Shown here: positions 36,133-45,011 of the stretch, piece after piece | How positions within the stretch are numbered: the first letter of the stretch is position 1 | Layout: each line of letters starts with the position of its first letter | Assembly (NCBI GenBank): GCA_963660905.1 | Contig: CAVKZJ010000003.1 | Location: forward strand, 42,160 to 106,159 | Length of the DNA stretch: 64,000 nt | Direction of reading: 5' to 3' | Source: a bacterium | GTDB taxonomy: Bacteria > Bacillota_I > Bacilli_A > RFN20 > CAG-288 | Translations under genes and position numbers: made by a program | The notes under the pieces: generated by a model | Database searches by the model: none | The model's input: the letters and a program-made list of their open reading frames with translations, nothing else | Told to the model about the DNA's origin: nothing

Positions 36133-38087
36133 GAATGGAACAGGAAATGGATTTTAGCGGACTGAGCGAGAAATTCGACGAGGTTTCTGATCATGTCGTT
36201 TTGGCTGTTCTCTATAAGACCTTCATGATGCAAAGTCAGAACCATTGCTATTTGCAATGTGCACTTCTTCCGATTTCGGATGAACCGGATATTCTTCTAG
36301 AGAATGAATCGGTTTTCTGGAGCAAAGCCATGATTGATGGGAAATCCTGCTATACTGTCACAGGTGACAACCTTTTGCAGTATCTTGGCAAATGGGATGG
36401 ATATTCTTCTGAATCCGAGGAGGATGTGAGAAGACAAGAGGAAATCATTGTCGAAGCGATGAAGGAGAAAATGCTTCTTTTCACTCCGTATTACAAATAT
36501 GATGAGAGAAAGAATATTTTCTACAAAAATGTCGATTCCAATGAGGACGTCTTGACTCTTCCGCTTCATTATCTCAATGAAAGCTACTTTGTTGTCCCGA
36601 TTCTCAATGAACAGAATTTCAGACTGTTTTTGGCCCACAAAACCTTCTCTCTTTCCAATTGGAATCTGAGTCTCTTTGGAAAACCGAAATATATTCTCTA
36701 TGGAAACCACCTTATTCTTGCTCCTTTAACGACAAGCGAGAACTCGGATTACAACTGCCAATGGGAAAAGAAAGATAAGGATTATCTTGATCTCGAGTTC
36801 GACTTCGATGATTTCGTCTCTAACGGTTTCCTTTACTATGAAAATGGATCGGGATACTGCTTCTTGGAAAAGGCAAGCCTTCCTCTCATGAGGAAAATGC
36901 AGTCCCTTCCTTTCCAAGACGATGATTCACAGGATGAGATGGAGAAAATCGTCCAGCCTTCCGATCAGTATGATACAAGAAAAGCCTTACTCGGCTTTGA
37001 GTCCTATCTGAAAAGCAAGAATCTCTACTATTATGATGACGATGTCAAGAATTTTCATGCCTGTCTGAAATGCCGGCTTCTGACGATTCTTGCTGGCATG
37101 TCGGGAACGGGAAAGACACGTCTTCCCTTGGAATATGCAAACTACTTCAACATGACAGAGGAGAACGGCACGCTTCTTTTTGTTCCGATTTCGCCAAGCT
37201 ATACGGAGCCGAGCGATATGCTCGGATTCTATAATCCGGCCAATGAAAACTATATGTCCAGTGAGACGGGCTTGGTTAGTTTTCTTAAGCATGCCTCAGA
37301 AAATCCTGACAAGATGCATATGGTGGTTTTCGATGAGATGAATCTTGCACAGATCGAATATTATTTTGCTCCCTTCCTTTCGATATTGGAAAGAGAAAAA
37401 GACCGTCGGATTCTTCGACTCTACGACCAAAACCTGGAATGCAAGAATAAGGAACTCTATCCCGATTCCATCAAAATCGGAGACAATGTCCTTTTTGTCG
37501 GAACCATCAATCTTGATGATACGACAAAAGAGCTTTCCGAAAGACTTCTTGACCGTTCATTTGTGATTTCCTTGCGCCGTGCTTCGTTTGATAAATACAA
37601 TGGCGTCATGCTCGATAGGGCAGAAGAAAACGGAAAGATCTATGAAGGGGAATTGATGTCCTTGATGCCAAAGATGGCAAAGACGTTCAACTTCAACTCC
37701 TTTCTGACTCCGACGATGCGAGAATTCTTCGATGAATTCAATCGTCTCCTCTCGGAGAAGGACCCACAGAAAGGCATCTCCTTCAGAACTGTTCGCAACA
37801 TCTCTCTCTATCTTGCCAATTCGAGAATGGAGGAAGACGGTCTACTCGATGACATCGGGGCAAAACAGGCTTTTGACTTTGTTTTCCGTCAGACGGTTTT
37901 AAGAAGAATCCGAGGAAGTGACGAGATTTTGAGCGAAGTGCTTGGATGTCGTACGGAAGATGGTAAAATTCATTCTCCAATCTATGATCTGCTTGAGAAA
38001 TATGGCGAGATATCCTCGTTTGAGCTTTCCAAGCAGGAAATCGCCAATAAAATACTTGAATTGAAGCGGTATGGCTATGTCCGATAA
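36129..38087 (+). CDS. McrB-like AAA+ GTPase (AAA_5 type) with novel about 300-aa N-terminal domain
   Basis: Walker A GMSGTGKT, Walker B VVFDEMN, and McrB-signature GTINLDD...LDRSF (compare McrB GTMNxxD...RRF); the first 300 aa match nothing recognisable. Confidence 0.8.
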   Translation: MRMEQEMDFSGLSEKFDEVSDHVVLAVLYKTFMMQSQNHCYLQCALLPISDEPDILLENESVFWSKAMIDGKSCYTVTGDNLLQYLGKWDGYSSESEEDVRRQEEIIVEAMKEKMLLFTPYYKYDERKNIFYKNVDSNEDVLTLPLHYLNESYFVVPILNEQNFRLFLAHKTFSLSNWNLSLFGKPKYILYGNHLILAPLTTSENSDYNCQWEKKDKDYLDLEFDFDDFVSNGFLYYENGSGYCFLEKASLPLMRKMQSLPFQDDDSQDEMEKIVQPSDQYDTRKALLGFESYLKSKNLYYYDDDVKNFHACLKCRLLTILAGMSGTGKTRLPLEYANYFNMTEENGTLLFVPISPSYTEPSDMLGFYNPANENYMSSETGLVSFLKHASENPDKMHMVVFDEMNLAQIEYYFAPFLSILEREKDRRILRLYDQNLECKNKELYPDSIKIGDNVLFVGTINLDDTTKELSERLLDRSFVISLRRASFDKYNGVMLDRAEENGKIYEGELMSLMPKMAKTFNFNSFLTPTMREFFDEFNRLLSEKDPQKGISFRTVRNISLYLANSRMEEDGLLDDIGAKQAFDFVFRQTVLRRIRGSDEILSEVLGCRTEDGKIHSPIYDLLEKYGEISSFELSKQEIANKILELKRYGYVR

Positions 38088-39747
38088 ACTCTTCGTCACG
38101 ATAAATAAAGAGGAACCGATTGCCTTTGATCTTTTAAAGGAAAAGGAAAGAATCCTCTTTTCAATGAATGATACCTGCCACCTTCGTGTTTCTTTTCATA
38201 CGGATTCCAACGGCCGGTTTTCCATGCAGTGCTATCAGGCATTGAATGAAAAGAAGAACAAGAAAATCACGATTGAAAAAAACATCCTCCTCTTGGATAA
38301 GGATGTTACGTATTATGTTTCCGGAGGAAGCGAATATTATTACCTTCCGGGAGTCTATTGTCTTTACTATGAATGCACCACGGGCAAGAAGACATTCTAT
38401 TTTGAAGTGAAAAATAATTCTGTCTTGGGAAAGGATGGATTTGGAAACATCATCGTAAGACTCGAATCGATTCTTCAGAATATCACCCGTGAGCTTTCCA
38501 GGAAAGGCGATGTGGATTCTTCCGAGCAGTCCTATCCTCTTTTGGCACATCGATTGGAAGAAAATTTTCCTTCCTTCAAGGAACTTGAAAGAAGGATGCT
38601 TTCCTGTCTGAAGGAGGATGTGGTGACGGTCTATGGCTTTTTTTCCTCTGGAAGAGAAGACTACAAGACATTCAGGAGAAACGTCACGCATCCTTTTTCG
38701 GAAAAGATGACGAAGAAAAAAAGACTCTCCTATGATTCGAACGAAAACCGTTTTCTGAAGTATCGGATGAATGCCTTCAAAAGAAAGATATCTTCCCTTT
38801 TGAATTCCCTGAAGGAACAAGAGGTGAAAAATCATCTCTTGCAAAAGGAAGGGATGGAAAAACAGGAAGAGCTTACCAAAAAAAGAGAAGAGAATCTCTA
38901 TATGGATGCTCGGCTTTCCAAGGAAGACCTTGTTCTCCAAAAGAAACAGAATGAGCTGCGAGGAGAAGACAAAGTCATATCTGGCCTGATGGAAATTTTG
39001 ATGAGATACTATCGCATCTGCGGTTCCTTTCTGCAAGATGAAAGAATCAAGAAGGTCAGACTTCTCTCGACACCATCCTATTTATCTTCCTCGCCGATGG
39101 CAAAAGAAATCCGTGACATGCAAAAGAAGATTTTTCCAGATAAGGATAAAGTCTCCTATAAACCGGCTCGCGAACTGTTCGAACTCTATGGCTATTATCT
39201 GATCCACACGGCTTTGATGGAACTCGGCTATCAAAAAACAGACCAATCTCTTTCTGTCCTCAAGGAAAATGAAAGCTTTTTTGTCTATGAAAGTGAACAG
39301 AGGATGGTCAAGGTTCTCTATGGTCCCTTCTGTAAGGATTTCCTTACCAATAAAGAGATGGATTGCACGGTCAGCATCAATTCTCATCACCGATCGCCTG
39401 ATTTCATCATGGAAGTCTATGATTCAAACACAAATGTCTTCCTTTTCGATTTGGTTTTGGAAATCAAATATATCCCGATTTTCAAGTTTGAGGAAAAACC
39501 GGATCTGAAAAAGGATATTTTATTGACAGCGAGCGACTATCTCCAATTCGGCTTTGTCTCTTCAGAAGGATTGCGAGTCGGTGCCGTGAGAAAAGTGATG
39601 ATTCTTTTCCCATCATTGGAAGAGAAAATTGACGACTATCTTTCTTTCCATAAGATTTATCTCTTAGGCATCGACATGAATAAGGAGACCGATGAAAGCA
39701 TGGTCTATTCCTTCCTGAGAGAAGAATTAAGCAAAGAAAATGAATGA
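38071..39747 (+). CDS. McrC-like PD-(D/E)xK endonuclease with long N-terminal extension
   Basis: C-terminal PDF...D-x-EIK motif (SPDFIMEVYD...FLFDLVLEIKY) consistent with the McrC nuclease core; coiled-coil segment in the middle; 17-nt overlap with the McrB-like gene. Confidence 0.65.
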   Translation: MAMSDKLFVTINKEEPIAFDLLKEKERILFSMNDTCHLRVSFHTDSNGRFSMQCYQALNEKKNKKITIEKNILLLDKDVTYYVSGGSEYYYLPGVYCLYYECTTGKKTFYFEVKNNSVLGKDGFGNIIVRLESILQNITRELSRKGDVDSSEQSYPLLAHRLEENFPSFKELERRMLSCLKEDVVTVYGFFSSGREDYKTFRRNVTHPFSEKMTKKKRLSYDSNENRFLKYRMNAFKRKISSLLNSLKEQEVKNHLLQKEGMEKQEELTKKREENLYMDARLSKEDLVLQKKQNELRGEDKVISGLMEILMRYYRICGSFLQDERIKKVRLLSTPSYLSSSPMAKEIRDMQKKIFPDKDKVSYKPARELFELYGYYLIHTALMELGYQKTDQSLSVLKENESFFVYESEQRMVKVLYGPFCKDFLTNKEMDCTVSINSHHRSPDFIMEVYDSNTNVFLFDLVLEIKYIPIFKFEEKPDLKKDILLTASDYLQFGFVSSEGLRVGAVRKVMILFPSLEEKIDDYLSFHKIYLLGIDMNKETDESMVYSFLREELSKENE

Positions 39748-39910
39748 AAATGTTTTCACGAAGTTATGAAAATATTTTCAAAATAGGTTGTTTTTCCGAT
39801 TTGATGATGTGACTAGATTCTTGAAACCCCTTCCCATCATGAAATGTTTCTTTGAAAGATTTTTATACGTGATATAATTTTTTTTGTTCAGAATCCAAGG
39901 AGCTCTTCAA

Positions 39911-41140
39911 ATGAAAGAATTCGTTGCAAAAAGAAGTAGACAGGGCGTTTCCAAGACGGACATCATTGCAATCAACTCTCAGGCTTTGAAGGATGCAAAA
40001 GAAGGCAATAAGGTCATCAACGCATCCATCGGCACTTTCCTAGACGATGATAAGAAAGTCGGATCTGTTCCATTGATCAAGGAAGCTATAAAGGATCACA
40101 TCACGGATAACTTGGGTTATTCGGGAACTTCCGGTGTCGCCTCCTATCTGGATGGCGTGATGAAGTATGTTTTTGCTGACAAATTAGAGTCCGTTCAGTC
40201 TCTCTACACACCTTTTGTAGGCGGAACTCTTGGTGGCACGGGTGCGATTTCCATCGCTTTCAATCTCTTTTTGGAGGAAGGCGAAGCGGTTTTGCTTCCG
40301 GATGTCATGTGGACGAACTACAAACTGATTGCCAAGAAGGCACATGCTACTTACATGACGTATACGATGTTTGATGAAAAAGGTGGATTGAATCTTCCTT
40401 CCATCCGTAAGACGATTCAAGAGGCAAGAGAAAAATATCACCACGTGCTTTTGGTCATCAATGATCCCTGCCAGAATCCGACAGGATATTGCATGACGAA
40501 GGAAGAATATGATGAATTGTTTGTCATTCTCAATGAGGAAGGAAGAAAAGGATATCTGACTGTCTTATTCGATATCGCCTATATCTCCTTCTTCCATATC
40601 GATGGAAAAGAGTGCGGCCTGATTGAGAAACTCGCAGAAGGAAAATGCGATTTCCTTCCGCTTGTCTGCTTCTCCTGCTCGAAACTGTTTGGCCTTTATG
40701 GACTTCGTGTCGGCGCCTTGATTGTGCTTTGCCCGAATGAGGAGAATCAGATCGAAGTCAAAAGAGCGTTCGGTGCCATGGCAAGAGGAACCTATTCCGT
40801 TCCGAACGGTCCTGCCCAAATTGCCGTCAGCCAGGTTCTCAATGATCCTGAGAAAATCGCTGAACTGAATGCACAGGTCCAGAAGAATTCGGATATTCTT
40901 GCGGAAAGAAGCAAAATTCTGATGGAAGAACTTGAAAAAGCGGGAATCGAATATTATCCCTATAAGAGTGGTTTCTTCATCACCTTGAAGATCAAGGATG
41001 CATTCGAAGTCTCCAAGAAACTTGTCGCTTCCCATATGTATGTCGTTCCGATGAATGAGGACTCAATCCGTTTAGCCATATCCGGCATGACGAAAGAAGA
41101 AGTCGCTCTTCTCATCCAGGAAATCAAGAAAGTCCAATAA
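39911..41140 (+). CDS. class I/II pyridoxal-phosphate aminotransferase (aspartate/aromatic type)
   Basis: Start trimmed to MKEFVAK, which has an AAGGAG RBS; fold-type I aminotransferase with a conserved Lys region (SCSKLFGLYGLRVG). Confidence 0.85.
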   Translation: MKEFVAKRSRQGVSKTDIIAINSQALKDAKEGNKVINASIGTFLDDDKKVGSVPLIKEAIKDHITDNLGYSGTSGVASYLDGVMKYVFADKLESVQSLYTPFVGGTLGGTGAISIAFNLFLEEGEAVLLPDVMWTNYKLIAKKAHATYMTYTMFDEKGGLNLPSIRKTIQEAREKYHHVLLVINDPCQNPTGYCMTKEEYDELFVILNEEGRKGYLTVLFDIAYISFFHIDGKECGLIEKLAEGKCDFLPLVCFSCSKLFGLYGLRVGALIVLCPNEENQIEVKRAFGAMARGTYSVPNGPAQIAVSQVLNDPEKIAELNAQVQKNSDILAERSKILMEELEKAGIEYYPYKSGFFITLKIKDAFEVSKKLVASHMYVVPMNEDSIRLAISGMTKEEVALLIQEIKKVQ

Positions 41141-41144
41141 AAAA

Positions 41145-41185
41145 AGAAAACGATCGATCACATTGTGGGTCGGTCGTTTTTTAGA
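41145..41185 (+). terminator. rho-independent terminator after aminotransferase gene
   Basis: AAACGATCGATC...GGTCGGTCGTTTTTT imperfect hairpin followed by a T-run. Confidence 0.45.
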
Positions 41186-41207
41186 AGATAAATATGGCAA
41201 TGAGATG

Positions 41208-41567
41208 TTATTTATCGACGATTTCGATTTTGGAGACGTTATTGAGCTTTGGAGGATAGACAAGGGAAACCGTTCCGTCATAGGTGATCTTTAATTTGTC
41301 ACCTTCCTTGATATCCTCGAATTTTGCTTCTTGTCCGTTCTTGATCACCTTGGAAATGTCATTCTGCTCAAAGGTATAGAAATAATCTTCTGTGCCGGTA
41401 TCCGTAACATTCAGTCCCCAGAAGTTATTGACATTCTTGTAGGTTCCGGAAATGATGAATTCGTTGTTTTTTTCAATTTCCATTCCTTTGATGCCCTGAT
41501 TATCCTCATGGTATTTGGAGAAGTTGGACACTAAAGACAACGCGGCAAAAAGAAAATTTTTCTTCAT
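41208..41567 (-). CDS. small secreted protein, function unknown
   Basis: Start at MKKNFL has an AAGGAGAGG RBS at good spacing; signal peptide. Confidence 0.5.
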   Translation of the reverse strand: MKKNFLFAALSLVSNFSKYHEDNQGIKGMEIEKNNEFIISGTYKNVNNFWGLNVTDTGTEDYFYTFEQNDISKVIKNGQEAKFEDIKEGDKLKITYDGTVSLVYPPKLNNVSKIEIVDK

Positions 41568-41609
41568 GTTCATCCTCTCCTTTCCATTCGGTTTATTTAT
41601 TATAAAATA

Positions 41610-42539
41610 TTACACCCGTTTTGTGTAGTTGCTGAAAAATCTTTTTACATAGGGTGCGACTTTTTCATTTCCATAGAGGTTCTTCAGTCTTCCGAATACA
41701 GTATCGACGCTTCTTGAGGCTCCTTTTGGGATTTCCATATGGAAAACTTCTTCCATCTTTTTCCATTCGACTAAAAAGGTATATCGTGCAATGACGCTTG
41801 ATACCGCAACGGAAGGATAATAAGTTTCTCCTTTTGTTCTGAAATAGAGTGGATTTTTGATAATGTCATCGGCAACGTATTTCCGATAATTGTCTTCGGC
41901 AAGAAATTGGTCGACATAGGTGATGAGAAAATCAGGAAGACCATATTTTTCCATCAGTCCACGATGGGCGTGGTTATGTGCAATGGAAAGCGCTTTATCG
42001 ATATTGATGTGATTGTCATGGAGTTTGGAAAGCTTATCAGCGGAAATCAGGACGATATAGTTCTTGATTTTCTTTTTTAGGGCAGGTCCGATCTCTAGGA
42101 TGTAGTCATCATTCATTTTCTTGGAATCATTGATCTTCATCTTCTCTAAATAGGGGATATCTTCTTTTCCGACGTAGCTTGCAGTGACAATCAACGGACC
42201 AAAAAAATCACCTTTTCCGACTTCGTCTGATCCAATCTGAGGACCAAAGTCCTCCCATCCTTCGATGATATTATGGGATTTTGTCTCTTTTGGCTCAGTT
42301 TTCTTGATCGTAAAATCCTTAGAAAAAATACTGACAAGTTCTCTTGTCTTTTCTTCCTCTCCTGAAAAAGAGATGGTATAGATTTCTTTTTTGTTTTTAT
42401 AGGCATGGATATGGACGCCCTGATAGGTTGTATCGAAATAGTCATAAGGATGCTTTTCGTCAGAGATTTCGCTTGCTTGAAGGAAATCCTTGATTTCGCT
42501 GGCCTTGGCCAAGTCTGTCTTGATGGTTATGTAAGTCAT
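41610..42539 (-). CDS. rnhC: ribonuclease HIII
   Basis: 309 aa; N-terminal extra domain plus RNase HII-fold core with a DEVGKGDFFGPL catalytic motif. Confidence 0.8.
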   Translation of the reverse strand: MTYITIKTDLAKASEIKDFLQASEISDEKHPYDYFDTTYQGVHIHAYKNKKEIYTISFSGEEEKTRELVSIFSKDFTIKKTEPKETKSHNIIEGWEDFGPQIGSDEVGKGDFFGPLIVTASYVGKEDIPYLEKMKINDSKKMNDDYILEIGPALKKKIKNYIVLISADKLSKLHDNHINIDKALSIAHNHAHRGLMEKYGLPDFLITYVDQFLAEDNYRKYVADDIIKNPLYFRTKGETYYPSVAVSSVIARYTFLVEWKKMEEVFHMEIPKGASRSVDTVFGRLKNLYGNEKVAPYVKRFFSNYTKRV

Positions 42540-42658
42540 AGGAATATTATAAAGGATTTCCTATGTGGATAGAAAACTCTTTCTCATTCCAGAAAGGGAC
42601 AAAATCTCCTTCCAGTGCGATATAATACCTATTATGCATAGAAAATGAGAATGAGAAT

Positions 42659-45010
42659 ATGGAAGAAAATTATTTGAACCACGAAGTGGATGAAGTCATC
42701 GAAAAACTGAAAGGTTTCTTTTCTCTTCAGGGGATGAAGAAAAACTTCAGCCGTGAAAGATATCTTGCGACCTCGAAGGATGATATCCTTCTTTCCCATG
42801 AATATCTGGACGAGTTTTCTCGGCTTCTTCATGATGGAAATGAAATCAATATTCCTTCCCTTCTTGATTTTGAGCCGATTTTCATCTCTCTTGAGAAACA
42901 GTCGGTTCTCTCCTGCGCGGAGTTGAATTCCATAGCGGATCTTCTTTCTGCAAGCGAAGGACTTTATGATCTTCTTTATGACAAGAAGCAATATTTTCAT
43001 CTGAATGATGATGCATTGGATCTCAATCCTCTTGTCCAGCTAAAAAGAGACTTGGTGAATTGCATCGAACCGGATCTGACTGTTTCGGATAATGCAAGTG
43101 CTCCGCTTCGCGATTGCCGAAGTGCTTTGCGAAGCATCCGAAGACAACTTTCGAATATCATGAATTCGTATAAAAACCGCTATAGCGCCTATCTCTCGAG
43201 CGATAGCATCGCCTTAAGAGACAATCAGGAAGTCCTGGCAGTCCGAACATCGGACAAAGGGTTTGTCAAAGGAAGTGTGATTTCCTATTCCTCGACGGGA
43301 GAAACGGTCTTCATGGTTCCCTATGAGGCATTGGAACTGAGGAACAAGGAATCGAGTCTTGTTCAGGAAGAGGCCACCGAGGTGATGAAGGTTCTCTCCG
43401 ATCTTTCCTTGAAGGCCTACAAGCAGATCAAATATCTCAAAAGGGATTATGAGATCATCCTGAACTTTGACCGCTACCTCGGGGCTGTCCGGTTTGGCGC
43501 ATCCTATAATGGATGCATTTCTGAGATGACCGAGAATGAATTCTCTTTGAAGGAACTTTTCCATCCTCTTCTTAAGGCAAAAAACGTCGTCAAGAATAGT
43601 ATTTCCCTAGGCGGAAAGGAACCAAAGGTTCTTCTGATCACCGGACCCAATGCCGGTGGAAAATCCATTTTCATCAAGGCCTGTGCCTTGACTGTCATGA
43701 TGGATAAGCTTGGCTTGATGGCTCCTTGCATGTATGAATGCAAGATCCCCTATATCGATGAAGTCTATTTCCTTGGCGGAGACAATCAGTCAGTGATGGA
43801 CAATCTCTCCACTTTCTCGAGTCACCTTTTGGGAATCAAGAATATCACGACATCCGCAACGAAGAATTCCCTTGTCATCATCGATGAAGTCGGTGAGGGA
43901 ACATCTCCGAAAGATGGGGAAGCGCTCGGCGTCGGGCTTCTTCGCTTCTTTGAGAAAAAAGGTTGTTTGACCATGCTGACATCCCATTTCGATGGATTGA
44001 AGATTTATGCAGCAAATGATGAGAAATGCCTCACGGGGGCCATGGAATTCAATACGACTGGGCTCAAGCCGACGTATCGTCTTCTTCTTCATACGACAGG
44101 AAAATCCTATGGTATCCTTTTGGCAAGACAGATGGGACTGGATGAGGAAATTCTTTCTGATGCCATCGATTTCCAGAATCAGAGAAGCAATAAGGATACC
44201 GATGCCTTGATGGAGAAGCTCACCCAGCAGGTGATGGACAATGAGAAGAAGGCAAGAGAACTCGACAATGCCAAAAAGGATCTCGAGAAGCTCGCGGAAA
44301 AAAGACAGAAGGCGATTGACGCTCTCAATGAGGAAAGAAATTCCATCAAGATGAAGGCGGAAAATAAAATCAATCGTCTTGTCGATGAAAGAATCGAAGA
44401 AATCAATCGCATCTGGAAACAGGAATCGAATAAGAAGGATTCTTCCATGAACTATTCGGATGTCTCTCAGAAGAAAGGACAGCTCAATAAGATCAAGGAA
44501 GAAAAATCGCCGAGTCTTTCTCCTTTGGGGAAAAGCGAAGCCCTCAAGGATATCAAGGTGGGCGACCTTCTTTTGGATGAAGACAAAAGGCAGGGAAAAG
44601 TTCTCGAAGTCAAAAAGAATGAAGTCCTTCTGGATATGTCCGGTCTCCGCATCCGAAGAAAGATTCAGGGGCTCACTCGAGCCAAGCTCACAGCCTTGGA
44701 TGTCAAGACGAAGAAGACGCCAACTGCCTTGATTGACCAGACCATATTGAATATCGGCTCATCCCAGGGGTTGGAACTCAACATCATCGGCCAGCATGTC
44801 GACGAAGCCATGCGAAACGTGGTGTCTTTCCTCGATTCGGCACGGATCCGTAAATTCTCCTGTGTGCGCATCATCCATGGAACAGGAACATTCGCCTTGA
44901 AGAATGCTCTTTGGAAATATCTTTCCAATCATAAGGAATTTGTCAAGGATTACCAATTCGGAAATGAAGGGGAAGGCGGGCTTGGTGCGACCGTTATTCA
45001 TTTGAAATAG
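42659..45010 (+). CDS. mutS2: endonuclease MutS2 (MutS-family ATPase with C-terminal Smr domain)
   Basis: Walker A LITGPNAGGKS; C-terminal Smr motif (IIGQHVDEAM...IIHGTGT). Confidence 0.9.
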   Translation: MEENYLNHEVDEVIEKLKGFFSLQGMKKNFSRERYLATSKDDILLSHEYLDEFSRLLHDGNEINIPSLLDFEPIFISLEKQSVLSCAELNSIADLLSASEGLYDLLYDKKQYFHLNDDALDLNPLVQLKRDLVNCIEPDLTVSDNASAPLRDCRSALRSIRRQLSNIMNSYKNRYSAYLSSDSIALRDNQEVLAVRTSDKGFVKGSVISYSSTGETVFMVPYEALELRNKESSLVQEEATEVMKVLSDLSLKAYKQIKYLKRDYEIILNFDRYLGAVRFGASYNGCISEMTENEFSLKELFHPLLKAKNVVKNSISLGGKEPKVLLITGPNAGGKSIFIKACALTVMMDKLGLMAPCMYECKIPYIDEVYFLGGDNQSVMDNLSTFSSHLLGIKNITTSATKNSLVIIDEVGEGTSPKDGEALGVGLLRFFEKKGCLTMLTSHFDGLKIYAANDEKCLTGAMEFNTTGLKPTYRLLLHTTGKSYGILLARQMGLDEEILSDAIDFQNQRSNKDTDALMEKLTQQVMDNEKKARELDNAKKDLEKLAEKRQKAIDALNEERNSIKMKAENKINRLVDERIEEINRIWKQESNKKDSSMNYSDVSQKKGQLNKIKEEKSPSLSPLGKSEALKDIKVGDLLLDEDKRQGKVLEVKKNEVLLDMSGLRIRRKIQGLTRAKLTALDVKTKKTPTALIDQTILNIGSSQGLELNIIGQHVDEAMRNVVSFLDSARIRKFSCVRIIHGTGTFALKNALWKYLSNHKEFVKDYQFGNEGEGGLGATVIHLK

Positions 45011-45011
45011 C

